Source of the DNA: the human T2T-CHM13v2.0 reference genome, Homo sapiens | DNA: 64,000 bases | Assembly (NCBI RefSeq): GCF_009914755.1 | Contig: NC_060948.1 | Strand: one strand, 5' to 3' | Shown here: positions 1 through 11,552 of the stretch, in pieces | Layout: each line of letters opens with the position of its first letter | How positions within the stretch are numbered: the first letter of the stretch is position 1 | The notes under the pieces: generated by a model | Database searches by the model: none | Told to the model about the DNA's origin: nothing | What the model saw: the letters and a program-made list of their open reading frames with translations, nothing else | Made by a program: the position numbers and the translations under genes

Positions 1-1205
1 TGGAGTGTCTACCTGTTAGCTGTGTCTCTTTTAGGCAGCAGAGATTTGGAGCATGTGTTATCCTACAAGTCTTTTAAGAGGGGTTTTTAAACAATTTATA
101 TTTCAGGTTAATGTTGATATACAGGGTCTTTTTCCTCTCAACGTTACCTACTTGTTTTGTGGTGTCAGTTGTGCAGTTGCTTTATGGGATCTGTTAGCTT
201 TGTATTTATGTGCCCTTTCATAATGCTGAATATTGTTCTTTCATTCCCATATTTAGAACTTCTTTGAGAATTCCTTGTAGAATGATCTCATGGTAACAAA
301 TTCCCTTCACATTTGCTCATTGGAAAAATAATTAACTTCTCCTTTACATGAGGCTTTATTTATCAGCATACAAAATATTTGGCTGCACTTTTTTCTTTAG
401 GAAGACTGAAAATAGAATCTTATTCCTTCTGGCCTATAGGTTTTTCTACTAAATAAAGTCTATTGTCAATTTGATTGACTTTATTTTATATATGATTTGA
501 TTCTTCCTTCTTATTTCTTTCAGAATTTGTTCCTTCACATTTACTTTTGAATACTCTGATGATTATATGCCTTATTGATAATCATCTTGCAAAGCATCTT
601 TCAGGTTATACTTCAGCTTATTTTAAAAGATCTAAATGGCTACAGTGATCAGAGAAGAGAAACTTTTTTTTCTGGATTATATTATCAAATGAGTTTTTCA
701 AACTTTTTACTATTTATTGTTTTTTTCTCAAGGGTGCTTTAAGGGATACAAGACTTTAAGGTATAAATGGAAAGAGAAAAAGAAAGCCTGTAACTTATAG
801 CATCTATCACTATGCACTCCCATATTTCTCGAAGCCTTTTCCCAGTTTTTATATTTTTTCCTTTTTTCATTTGTTTTTAAAGTTTTATATTTTTCTACTG
901 GGATAGCTTAAAAGTCTTTTCTTCAAGTTCTGAATCTTTTTCTTCTGCTTGGTTTACTTTATTATAGCTTTCAATTGTATTTTGTAACTTGTGAGTAAAT
1001 TTTTCTAGGTTTTTGTTTGGCTATTACCAGTTTATCTCTTCTTTCATATTTGCATTTTTTTTCTGATTTATTTGTGTTGATATCTGACTTTCTCATGGAT
1101 CTCACTGAGCTTTCTTATAATCCATATTTGCACTTTTAAAAATCTGTTTTTACATAATTTTTATTTTAGTTAGAATCCATTACTGGAGACCTAATATGAA
1201 TTTTC
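1..1205 (-). mobile_element. Old LINE-1 (L1PB/L1MA-type) ORF1 region, decayed, runs off the window edge
   Basis: T-rich plus strand. Reverse complement resembles L1 ORF1 (e.g. 405-450 gaaaatagaatcttattccttctggcctatagg). 1166-1200 mirrors the ORF1 5' motif also seen at ~2050 on the plus strand. Confidence 0.7.
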
Positions 1206-2109
1206 TCTTTACCCATAAGTGCAGAAATAACTGGGTCCTCTCCTACAAGAGCTTTACATGTATGTACCTTCAGCCCTCTGGAACATTTCAGGGTAACTAC
1301 ATCCCCACAGGAAGAGCATTCTTCAGGTTCAAGCATGCATGAAAGGTGGAGTAAAAATGCATCCCTACTTGGAATGTCAACGTACCTATAGATAAAAATG
1401 GTATTTGCCCAGTTTGAGCAGCCAGACCCTTGTTCAGAAGAAAGTCTGAGAGGTGGATCACTTTCCTGCAGGCCTGGCAAGGGAGATGAGGTTGTTTCCA
1501 CCCTTTCCCTGATAAGATGTCAGTGTGTTTTACTGAGATCTCCCAAAGCAATCTCTGCCAACCTTCTGCTATTAAGTATTTCAACTATTAACCTGCTTTA
1601 GCTACAACCAATTTCTACCCAGAGAGACCTCCCCTAAAACCATGAAGCCTAAACTTTTAAATACAGTAAACAAAATGGAAACAAAATAAATAAATAAAAT
1701 GTGCATGTAATGGGGGAACAAGGTGAGCTTAAAGAGACCTCTGTCATTTCAAACTTATAGGTAACAGTGAACTTGCTCTCACACTCAGTACACTTCTACT
1801 ACAACCAGCATCTGAGAAAGCTATTACATAAAAATTTTCTCAGTCTGCACCCCTGAAAGCAGAAAGTGCCAAATTAGTCTAGAATAAGCTATAAGTATTA
1901 AAAAATATCATCCTTAAGGTGAAAAATTTCAAAACAGAAAATTTAGAAAATTAAAAATATGTATAACTTGTCTACCCAAATGAGAAGGAACCAGAAAAAT
2001 AACTTTGGTAATATTAAAAAAAAAAAAAACAGGTTCTAAAACACTCCAAAAAGTTTACACTAACTCCTCAGCAATAGAGCCAAATCAAGATCAATATTCT
2101 CTGAAATAC

Positions 2110-2800
2110 TGTGTCCAGAATTGGCTCCTTCTGGTGGGTTCTTGGTCTTGCTAACCTCAAGAATGAAGCCGCGGATCCTCACGGTCAGTGTTACAGTTCT
2201 TAAAGATGGTGTGTCTGGGGTTTGTTCCTTCAGATGTTCAGATGTGTCTGGTGTTTCTTCCTTCTGGTGGGTTCATGGTCTTGCTGACTTCAGGAGTGAA
2301 GACGCAGACCTTTGCGGTGAGTGTTACAGCTCTTAAAGGTGGCGTGTCAGGAGTTGTTCATTCCTCCCAGTGGGTTCGTTGTCTAACTGACTTCAGGAGT
2401 GAAGCTGCAGACCTTCGTGGTGAGTGTTACAGCTCATAAAAGTAGAGTGTAGCCAAAAAGTGAGCAGCAGCAAGATTTATTGCGAAGAGCAGAAGACAGT
2501 GTGGAAGCGGACCTGAGCAGGTTGCCACTGCTGGCTTGGGTGCCCAGCTTTTATTTGCTTATTTGGCCCCACCTATATCCTGCTGATTGGTCCATTTTAC
2601 AGAGCGCTTATTGATGCATTTACAAACCTTTAGCTAGACACAGAGTGCTGATTGGTGCATTTTTAGAGTGCTGACAGGTGCATTTACAAACTTTTAGCTA
2701 AACACAAAGCACTGATTGGTGTGTTTGCAACCCTTTAGCCAGACAGAAATGTTCTCCAAGTCCCCACTCTACTCAGAAGCCCAGCCAGCTTCACCTTTCA
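2110..2800 (-). mobile_element. Solo LTR12-family (ERV9) LTR, short ~690-bp type
   Basis: TG...CA ends, 4-bp TSD ATAC (2106-2109 and 2801-2804), U5 repeats gagtgaagctgcagacc...gtgttacagctc, and ctgattggtgc CCAAT repeats. Confidence 0.92.
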
Positions 2801-3233
2801 ATACTCAATATAATAAATATGTGATTTATAAAATGGCTGAACCTAAGAATAAGTGGTGTTGCCGATGGAGAAGAAAGAGAAACATATTTGGAAAACTTAT
2901 TTGAGGGAATAATTAATAAAACATTTCTTGGCTTTGCTAGAGATTTATATTTGCAAATATAAGAAGCTCAAAAATTTCCTGAGATATTTATTATAAAAAG
3001 GAGTTCACCAACGCATATTGTCATTGGCCCTCTAAAGTCAACCTGAAAAAAAAAAAATTCTGAGACTAGTGAGATAAAAGAATCAGGTAACCTATAAAGG
3101 AAAATCTGTCAGAATATCAGGAGAATTCTCATAAAAACTCTTATCAGTCATAAAGAATTAGGGTCTCATTTAACTTTTTAAAACAGAATTACTATCAGTC
3201 CAGAATTTTTTATCTAGTAGCACTAAATTTTCA

Positions 3234-3558
3234 GGCTGGGCACAGTGGCTCATGCCTGTAATCCCAGTACTTTGGGAGGCCGAGGTGGGCGGATCACCTG
3301 AGGTCGGTAGTTCAAGACTAGCCTGATCAAGATGGAGAAACCCCCTCTCTACTAAAAATACAAAAAATTAGCCAGGAATGGTGATGCATGCCTGTAATTC
3401 CAGCTACTCAGGAGGGTGAGGTAGGAGAATCACTTGAATCTGAGAGGCAGATATTGTGGTGAGTTGAGATAGTGTCATTGCCCTCCAGCCTGGGCAACAA
3501 GAGTGAAACTCCATCTCAAAAAACCAAGCCAAAACAAACAAACAAAAAAAACCCAAAA
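3234..3558 (+). mobile_element. Alu, AluSp-like
   Basis: Dimeric Alu with Sp-type motifs (gaggtcggtagttc, atggagaaacc, gggcaacaagagtgaaactcc). Degenerate TSD actaaattttc / actaagttttc. Confidence 0.9.
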
Positions 3559-5069
3559 ACTAAGTTTTCTATATGAAAGATAAATAAAGTTATCTTCAGA
3601 CAAATAAACATTGAGGAAAATAATTACTACCAGACCAGCTGTTCATGAATGCAAAAAAGTTCCAAATCCTAAAGCAAAAGATTGATATGCACCAGAATAG
3701 AACCTCTTGAAAGTACAAAACTCACAGGACCTATAAAACAATAACACAATAAAAAAGACCAAATATCTAGGTCACTAGTAACATAATGATTGCAACAGTA
3801 CCTCACATCTCAATATTAATGTTGAAAGTAAATTGCCTAAGTAAAAGGCTGGAAAAAGTTATTCCATGCAAATAGAAATCAAAACTGAGTAGCAGCATCT
3901 ATTCTTATATCAGGTGAAAAAATCTTTTAAGCAAAAACAGTAAAAAAAGACAAGATTATCATCTAATGATAAAAGTTTTAATTGAATAAGAAATTACAAG
4001 CCTAAATGTATATGTACCCAACACTGGGCTCATAAAACATTTACTTCTATACTTAAGATAGAGAGCAACAGAATAATAATAGGGAACATCAATACTCCAC
4101 TGACAACATAGAGCAACATAGTTAATTGAGACAGGAAGTCAGCAAAGAAACAGTAGACTTAAAGTACACTCTAGAGCGAATAAATCTAACAGATACTTAA
4201 ATAACAATCTAGCCAAGAATTGCAGAAAATACATTCTTCTCATTAGCATATAAAACCTTATCAAAGATATGCCATATGATAGGCCACAAAACAAATCTCA
4301 ATACATTTAAAAATATTAAAATTATATCAATTGTCAGACAACAAAAATAAAAGTAATAAACATCAGAGAAACCCTCAAACTATATAAACACAAGAAAATT
4401 AAAACCACCTGCTTCTGAATAATTTTTTATCTAACTATAAAACCAAGTGAAATTTAGAAATTATTTGAATTAATAATAGCAACATAAACTATCAGAACTT
4501 CTGGGATTCAAAAAAAGTAGTGCTAAGATGAAAGTTTATAGCACTAAATGTCTACATCACAAAGTCTGAAAGATTACAAATTTACACCCTAGTTTTACAT
4601 CCCATGAATAACAGGAACAAATTAAACTCAAAGCTAACAGAAAATAAGAAATAACATTGGTCAGAGCAAAACTAAATAAACTTAAAAATACAAAAGATTA
4701 GTAAAAAAAAAATAAAGCTGGTTATTTGGAAAGATAAACAAAGTTTATAGACTATTAGCGAGACTAACCAAGGAAAGAAGAGACACGATTCAAATAAAGT
4801 CAATTTGGAATAAAATGAAATATTACAATCAGCACCACAAAAATAGAAAAAATTACTTGAGACTGCTATGAAGACCTTCACGCATATAAACTAGAAAATC
4901 TAGGGAAAACAAATAAGTACTTAGGAACATAGGATCCTTCTAGATTAAATTAGAAAGAAATATAAAGCATAAACAGATCAATAACAAGCAATGAGACTGA
5001 AACAGTAATTTAAAAATTGCCAACCCAGAAAACCTGGAGCCAGATAGATTTACAGCTGACATCTACCAG

Positions 5070-5556
5070 TGTGGGGGTTCAGTCAGGCTGGTGGGAAACA
5101 TTATGGTTATAAAGAACATACACAAGACCTTTTGGAAGGCCTGAAGGATTTTCTATACATTACTTGGCTGAAAGCAGCCTTGTCCCTTAGTTAAATAAAT
5201 TAGAGTAGAAACAAAGGAATGTGACGAGTTTGTCTAACTAATTTGTTTACTAATGTGAGCCTAAGACTAAACTTTGATCTACCACAGGTGCTTAATTGCT
5301 TTCTACTGGGGAGGTCTGCTATGTCAATTACCCTCTAGTGGTGTGGACTCAAGCCTTTGTTAATTAATCTTTACTGAACAAATGCGAGTCTCACTGGCTA
5401 GCTGGTCGCGGCGGCTGTCACAACTGTTTACAGCACTCTGCTTGGAGTCTCTAAGAGGCCAGGATGCTCAGCCGGACTGACAAAGCAGAATATCTGTCTG
5501 TCAGTGTATTTTATTGATCCCTCGTTGGGTCAGGGTATGCAGGATGGACCTCTGCA
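5070..5556 (+). mobile_element. 5' LTR22
   Basis: Starts tgtgggggttcagtcaggctggtgggaaa, ends ggacctctgca; alignable by eye along its whole length with 9707-10190. Confidence 0.9.
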
Positions 5557-5558
5557 GC

Positions 5559-5578
5559 TGTTGCCCCTGTGTAAGGAT
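5559..5578 (+). other. Primer-binding site, degenerate, tRNA-Met-like
   Basis: tgttgcccctgtgtaaggat vs TGGTGCCCCGTGTGAGGAT (complement of the elongator tRNA-Met 3' end), immediately after the 5' LTR. HML-5 is reported to use Met/Ile primers. Confidence 0.7.
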
Positions 5579-5717
5579 TGCTGAGAATGGAGCCCAGTGG
5601 ACCCCTGGAAAACGAAGGTGAAGAGGAGCAGGCAGTCAAGTCAGTAAAACAGTAAGTCATTGGTGTCCACTTGGGATCTCCAAGTTCAGGGGGGATTGTT
5701 CAGGCTGAGGTTTCATC

Positions 5718-6267
5718 ATGGGACAACAGTTATTAGCACAGCAAAAACAGTATCTAAAAGTGTTAAAACAGCTGCTTAAGGCCAGCAGAGACTCAATTTC
5801 ACAGGCTCAATTAAGAGACCTAAGCTAAACTGTTTTCTCACATAATCCGTGGTTCCCAGAAGAAGGAATGCTAGACGTAGTCTGGGACAAGTAGGGAGAC
5901 ATCTTAAACAACATTATGCATAAGGGCAGTGGGTTCCGGTAACAGCTTTAATGCTATGGGCTTTAATTAGAGCAGCCCTGGTTCAGTAACACACGGAAGA
6001 GCCTAAAAAGCGGAAGGAGGAGGAGACGTCATCTACTTTACCGCCTTCCCATTCCCCAGCCCGGATATCACTGGGTCAAAATAACAAAAAGGAAACGGAG
6101 GTTTTGCCTGAGCCCTCTCCTCCAATAGCTAGGAAAAAGGACAGGAAATACGCTTCGGCTATGAGACCCTGAGTTAAGCAAGGGGCAATAGAAAGCGAGC
6201 TTTTATCCTGCTGGGTGATGCAAGATCAGCAAGGCAATCAGGTACATAAAGAGTTAAGAAAAAGCAC
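5718..6267 (+). pseudogene. gag: HML-5 gag N-terminal remnant (matrix to start of capsid), with stops and frameshifts
   Basis: ATG at 5718 gives MGQQLLAQQKQYLKVLKQLLK; betaretroviral matrix motif HNPWFPEEG at ~5841; QDQQGNQVH..KELRKS at the end. Confidence 0.8.
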
Positions 6268-6630
6268 TGGAGGTCGGAGCCCTGAGGGCAAGGAAGCCCT
6301 AGGCAAAACGGAAGGCTTGGCAGCCGGGAAGCTCGCAAACCTGGAGCCAGCAAATACTCCTGGGAACTCAGCCTTCGTGGCAGTGGTGGCATCGGACAGC
6401 TAGGCTCAGTGGGCTGGAACTGGTCTCCTAGGGAGGGGCAGGAGGTGTACGTGGGAAGGTCTGCCCAGCCGGCAGCAGCCACTGGCTGCGGCTGTGGGGA
6501 GGGAGTGGCACACAAAGATAAAAAAGGGAAAAATGCGGTGCAGACAAAGCGACAGCCCCTAAGCAAGCATAATGAGCCACCGCCCCGGGACCTCCCTGCT
6601 TAGCTGCCTTACAGCTTCACAGGTGCCCGA

Positions 6631-7830
6631 TGGCAAAATTTCATGTATTTATGGTATACAAGTGACGTCGCAGATTATAATCATCTGCTAAGATTTAAAT
6701 AAAATTTAAAAATTTAAAAGACCTTTTTCTAGTAGTAGCCACTGTAATCTCTCTCGCCTATAACATGACTCTCTTCTAATCCAATTTAAGTAAAACAGTG
6801 ACCTCTAAAGGGAGAGAGATTACCAAAAAGCCCATGAGTTAGTTAAGGAGAAGTTAAAAGTGGAAAGTTAAACATGGAAAAGTGACAGTTTGGTGGAGAC
6901 CATATAATGTAATCACTCAATCCGTATTTACTACCACTCAGAGAGCTGAGATGGTGGCTCTGATATTATCAAGTCCACAGCTCACTGCCTCGCCCATTAG
7001 CTTATAGCAATAATCAAGCTGACCTTCAGGTTATGACATCACTGCTGGACCACGCCACCCAATCGCACCTATTTTTCCATCAAAGTTGGAGAAACTTATC
7101 TATGCAGTATCTACTTATCCAGAGACTGGCTAAACAAATTATCCTACAATGCCCAGATTGCCAGCTCACAGGCATGTCCCTCCTTCAACAGGCGTTAACC
7201 CTAGAGGATAAGAACCTAATCAGTTATGACAAACAGTTGTTATACACATCCCTGAATTTATAAAACTAGGATATGTACATGTATCCATTGATACCAACAC
7301 TCATTTAATTAGTACATAGGCTCTGCCTGGCTAGTCAACTCAGTATGTCATTAAACATCTTCTTTTAACTTTTGCATTTATGGGATGGCTCACAAAAATT
7401 AAAACTGATAATGGGCCAGCTTAGGCCAACTCACAATTTCAACAATTTTGTCACACGTGGAATATCCATCATTCCACAGGCATCCCATATAACCCCCAAG
7501 GACAAGCCATGGTAGAACATGCCCACTCCACCCTTAAAAATATGCTCAAAAAACAAAAGGGAGAGTAAGGGGAAAGACCCTGCAACAATATTGGCACAAG
7601 ACTTATTTACTCTTAATTTTTTAAATTTAGATGACACATTTCAATCAACTCCGGAAAAGCACTTTGCTAAAACCTCTCAAGGCATAAAACCTTCAGTTTT
7701 ATGGAAAGATGTAAACAGTAATGTATGGGGTCATCCAAGTAAAAGAAGAGGGTATGCTTGTGTCCTCACCCCCTCAGGTTCTTTTTAGATTGCAGCACAA
7801 CGTGTCAAACCATACCATGGCATGGCTAGG
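6631..7830 (+). pseudogene. pol: HML-5 pro/pol remnants: degenerate protease site, RT N-terminus, RNase H piece, integrase
   Basis: RT start NPI*VKQ*PL (~6778); RNase H TQRAE (~6935); integrase HHCC HLFFH...CPDC (ORF 7033-7263), [21 protein letters not shown]. Most of RT is absent. Confidence 0.85.
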
Positions 7831-9690
7831 ACCAAACCCTGTATCAGAAATGAAGGAATTAACACTAAGACCCATAGCCCTGGACAATGTGGCTTCTGAG
7901 GATGACATTACTTGGGGGATGCTGAAGGCTGAATGGATCCTGCTCTGGACACAGACACCACTTACTCCAGATAATTTGTTTCTTGCTATGCTTTCTATTG
8001 TACATTGCAACTCACGTAGGGTATTGATCCTTCTTATGCTCTCACTTTGTCTGCTGCCTGTATCTGCTACACTCTACTGGGCTCATATCTTAGATCTGCC
8101 TTTCTTTTGCTCTGTCCCCTGGGCAGATACTCCCTTCCCAGCCTTTAATACCATAACTTCTTGGCTAGGAGGGATAGATTTACCCCCACTGGGGTCCCTC
8201 AACAATGGCACACATTGGACTAAGGTGCCAGATAACACTACATATCACTCCACTATCCTCCCACTCTGTGCAAGTTATAAAAGTTCTAACCCTTACTGTA
8301 TACCTGACCAAAAACAAGGATGGCTACATCATGACAGAGGAACTGCCTTAACATTCTTAGCTGCAGGTAACCTCAAACCGGGCAATGCAATCAATGCCAC
8401 TTTCCCAAACATTCCTTCCTGTGCTAAATAACAAATCTGGGAAAGTGATGTACACTTTAGCTGGGAGTTCTGTCATGGGAAACAAGCCCATAGCCTCCAG
8501 TTAGGTAATTATAACATCTTAGACCACAGACCAAATGGCTGCTTGCAGGGCAGCCTTGCTAATGTCTTCATCCATCGTAGCATCAATCACAATTTCATAG
8601 CCATGTCTCATTCCCCTATAATTTGGGCCAATAGGGAGATGGGCTATCCTAGACCCCGAGTAAATTCCATGCCACCCCAAGGCACTTTATGGCACCTGGG
8701 ACATCTTAGCACCTCCCTTAACACCTGGCATGGGGCATATCATAATTCCAATCGCAACTATACTATAGCCTTTATTCATAATCACACAGATCAGTGCCTG
8801 ATTTGCACCACCCATCCATATGTTTTCTTCATGGGAACTAACATTTCCATTATACCCTGGAACTCCACATTTGTGACAAGCTTAATTTGCTTCAAGTATC
8901 ACTAATCACAATATATCTAATTTAAAAATTACTCATGTCATGGTATTAAGGAAACAATCTAAGGTATTTATACCAGTCAATTTGACACTTGATTGGCAAG
9001 GTTTCTCTACCCTTGCCACCTTAAAACATGCTCTGTCCCCAGTCGGACAAAAAGATTCATAGTTACACTTAGGGCCTTTTTAGTCTCAGCCACAGTCATT
9101 CTGGCAACTGCTAGTGTTACTGTGGCATCTATTCCTAAATCAGCACAAACAGCTGCTTTTGTAGATAATATGTCCAGAAATGTGTCTAATAAACTTCTCT
9201 TACAGCAAATATAGATCAAAAGATTCTTACTTGACTGCATGCCCTTGAGGCTGCCTTAGAATATGTGGGGGAGCAATAAGATGCACTGGGATTTTGACAG
9301 CAGTTAAACTGTGACTGGGAACATAAAAATATCTGTGTCACTTCTCTACCATGGAGTCAATCAATACATAGTTGGGATGAGGTGAAACATTTAACAGCAC
9401 ATGTAAAGCAACTGAAAACTAATATTTTAGAATCCCTTCACACCATAGATCTACACACCCAACAAACAGCCATATGGAAAGGTGTGCAAGATCCTTTCTC
9501 TTTGTTAGACCACCCACTCCTAGGGGTCACTCTTTGACTGGAAAAGAATGTTGCTAATTTTGCTCATGATTGTTTTATGTTATTTACTAATTCTAGATGC
9601 AAAGTCAAAATAAGAGCAATGACCACCACACCTGAAAAACCTGTTGCTCCAGATATTTATGGTTTCCAATCCAAAAGACCTAATGCTGAA
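7817..9690 (+). pseudogene. env: HML-5 env: signal peptide, SU and TM, open for the first 204 codons and then disrupted
   Basis: ITWGMLK..TPDNLFLAMLSIV..LYWAHI (HML env leader/SU), furin site RTKR followed by hydrophobic fusion peptide (~9045), QLNCDWEHKNIC in TM (~9301). Confidence 0.85.
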
Positions 9691-9706
9691 AACATAAAAG
9701 AGGGAG

Positions 9707-10190
9707 GTAGGAGGGTTCAGTCAGGCATGTGGGAAAAATTTTACTTATAGAGAATATACACAAACCCTTTTGGAAGGCTTAGGGGTTTTTAGGTGTAGTA
9801 CTTGGCTGAAGGCAGCCTTGTCCCTTTAGTTAAGTAAATTAGACTAGAAACAAAGGAATGTGTGGAGTTTATCAAACTAGCTTGTTTACTCATGTGGTCC
9901 TAACACTAACATTTGATCATTGCTGGTGCTTAATTGCTTTCTACTTGGGTAGTGTGCAATGTCAATTATCCTGTAGCGGTGTTGACTCAAACCTTTGTCA
10001 GTTAATCTTTACTGAATAAATGCAATTCTCACTGGCTGGTCAGGGCCATGGTCACAACTGTTTACAGCACTCTGCTTGGAGTCTGTGAGAGGCCTACATG
10101 CTCAGCTAGACTGGCAAAGCAGAATATCTGTGTGTCAGTGTAATTTATTCATCCATCATTGGGTCAGATTCTGTGGGATGGACCCTCGCA
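9707..10190 (+). mobile_element. 3' LTR22, preceded by a polypurine tract
   Basis: aaaagagggag PPT at ~9696-9706; ends gaccctcgca, followed by the TSD. Confidence 0.9.
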
Positions 10191-11552
10191 TACCAGAAAT
10201 TTTAAGAAGGATTAGTGCTAATCCTATTGAAACTATTTCAAAATGCTGAGAAAAAAAGAATTTTTCCTAACTAATTCTATAAAGCCAATATTATTACTCT
10301 GATATCCAAACCAGGAAAGGATATAAAAACAGAAAGCTACAGACAAATATTCTTTATCAACATGATTGCAAAAATTCTCAGGATACTAAGTTAACTGAAT
10401 CCAAGTGCACATCAATAAGATAAATACACCATAATCAAGTGGATTTTATTCAGGGATGCATAAATAATTTAACATACATTAACAGAAGGCAATAAAATAA
10501 TACCTTGCATAAACAGAATTAAAAACAAAAACCATATGATTATTTCAATAGATACAGAAAAGCATTGATATAATCCAGCATCCCTTTATGATAAAAACAC
10601 TTAACAAAGTAGGAATAAGAAAGATTTATCTAAAAAAAAGGGCCATATATGACAGGCCCACAGTAAACATTACATTGAATGGGGAAAAGTTGAAAGCATT
10701 TCCACTAGAACAAGACAATATGACCACTTTCATCACTTCTATTTAATATAGTACTGGATGTCATAGCCACAACAATCAGGCAAGTTAAATAAATAAAGGG
10801 CTTCCAAATTGGAAAAGAGGAAGTCACATGATTGCTTAGTTAACTATATGATTTTATACCTAGAAAACCATAAAGACATGATCAAGAGTCTGCTAAGTTT
10901 GATAAACAAATTAGGGAGTCTCAAGTTTCAAAATCAATATGCACAAATTGGTAGTACTTAAAAAGCAGTATGGATATGTATTAAAGAACTAAAAGTAGAT
11001 CTACCATTTTATCCAGTAGTCCTACTACTAGATAGCTACCCAAATGAAAATAAGTTATTATATTAAGAAGACAGCTGCACATGTATGTTTATTGTAGCAC
11101 AATTCACAATTGCAAGGACATGAAACCAACCTAAGCATTCACTGAGTCCATGAGTAGATAAAGTAAATATGGTATATACACACTGTAAAATACTACTCAG
11201 CCATAAAAAAATAATGTCTTTTGCAGCAACATTGATGGAGCATCAGATTTAACTTTCAGGCTATTATTCTAACTAAAATAACTCAGTAATAGAAAAAAAT
11301 GCCATATATTCTCAGTTATAGGTGGGAACTAAGCTATTGATATGCAAGGAAATACAGATAAATATAATGAATTATGAAAACAAAGAAAATGGAGGGTGAG
11401 AAACAAAACAAACTACATAATGTGTACAATGCATACTAATTTGGTGACGGGTACACTAAAATCTACTTCACCACTGTACAAGTCATTTATGTAGCAAAAA
11501 ACCTCTTGTACCCCCAAAGTTATTGAAATTAAAAACTTTTTAAAAAATAAAA

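Larger units (their letters stand above)
5070..10190 (+). mobile_element. HERV-K(HML-5)/HERVK22 provirus with two LTR22 and large internal deletions
   Basis: Paired LTRs, 6-bp TSD TACCAG (5064-5069 and 10191-10196) typical of betaretroviruses, tRNA-Met-like PBS, and gag/pro/pol/env remnants in order. Confidence 0.9.
1210..11552 (+). mobile_element. L1PB-type LINE-1 (partial 5'UTR, ORF1, ORF2 with deletions, 3' end), interrupted by LTR12, AluSp and HML-5
   Basis: ORF1 start-like aaatgagaaggaaccagaaaaataac (~1978); endonuclease-region motifs ~3800-4300; ORF2 resumes exactly after the provirus TSD at 10197; L1PB-like 3' end (gggtacactaaa...ttgtaccccc...ttattgaaatt) at ~11450-11550. Confidence 0.75.

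Noticed and set aside
6174-6603. Short ORFs (130, 62, 64 aa) over the GC-rich HML-5 insert
   Set aside because: Expected from GC content; no recognisable domain beyond the gag stub. The DNA-level anomaly is reported as a finding instead.
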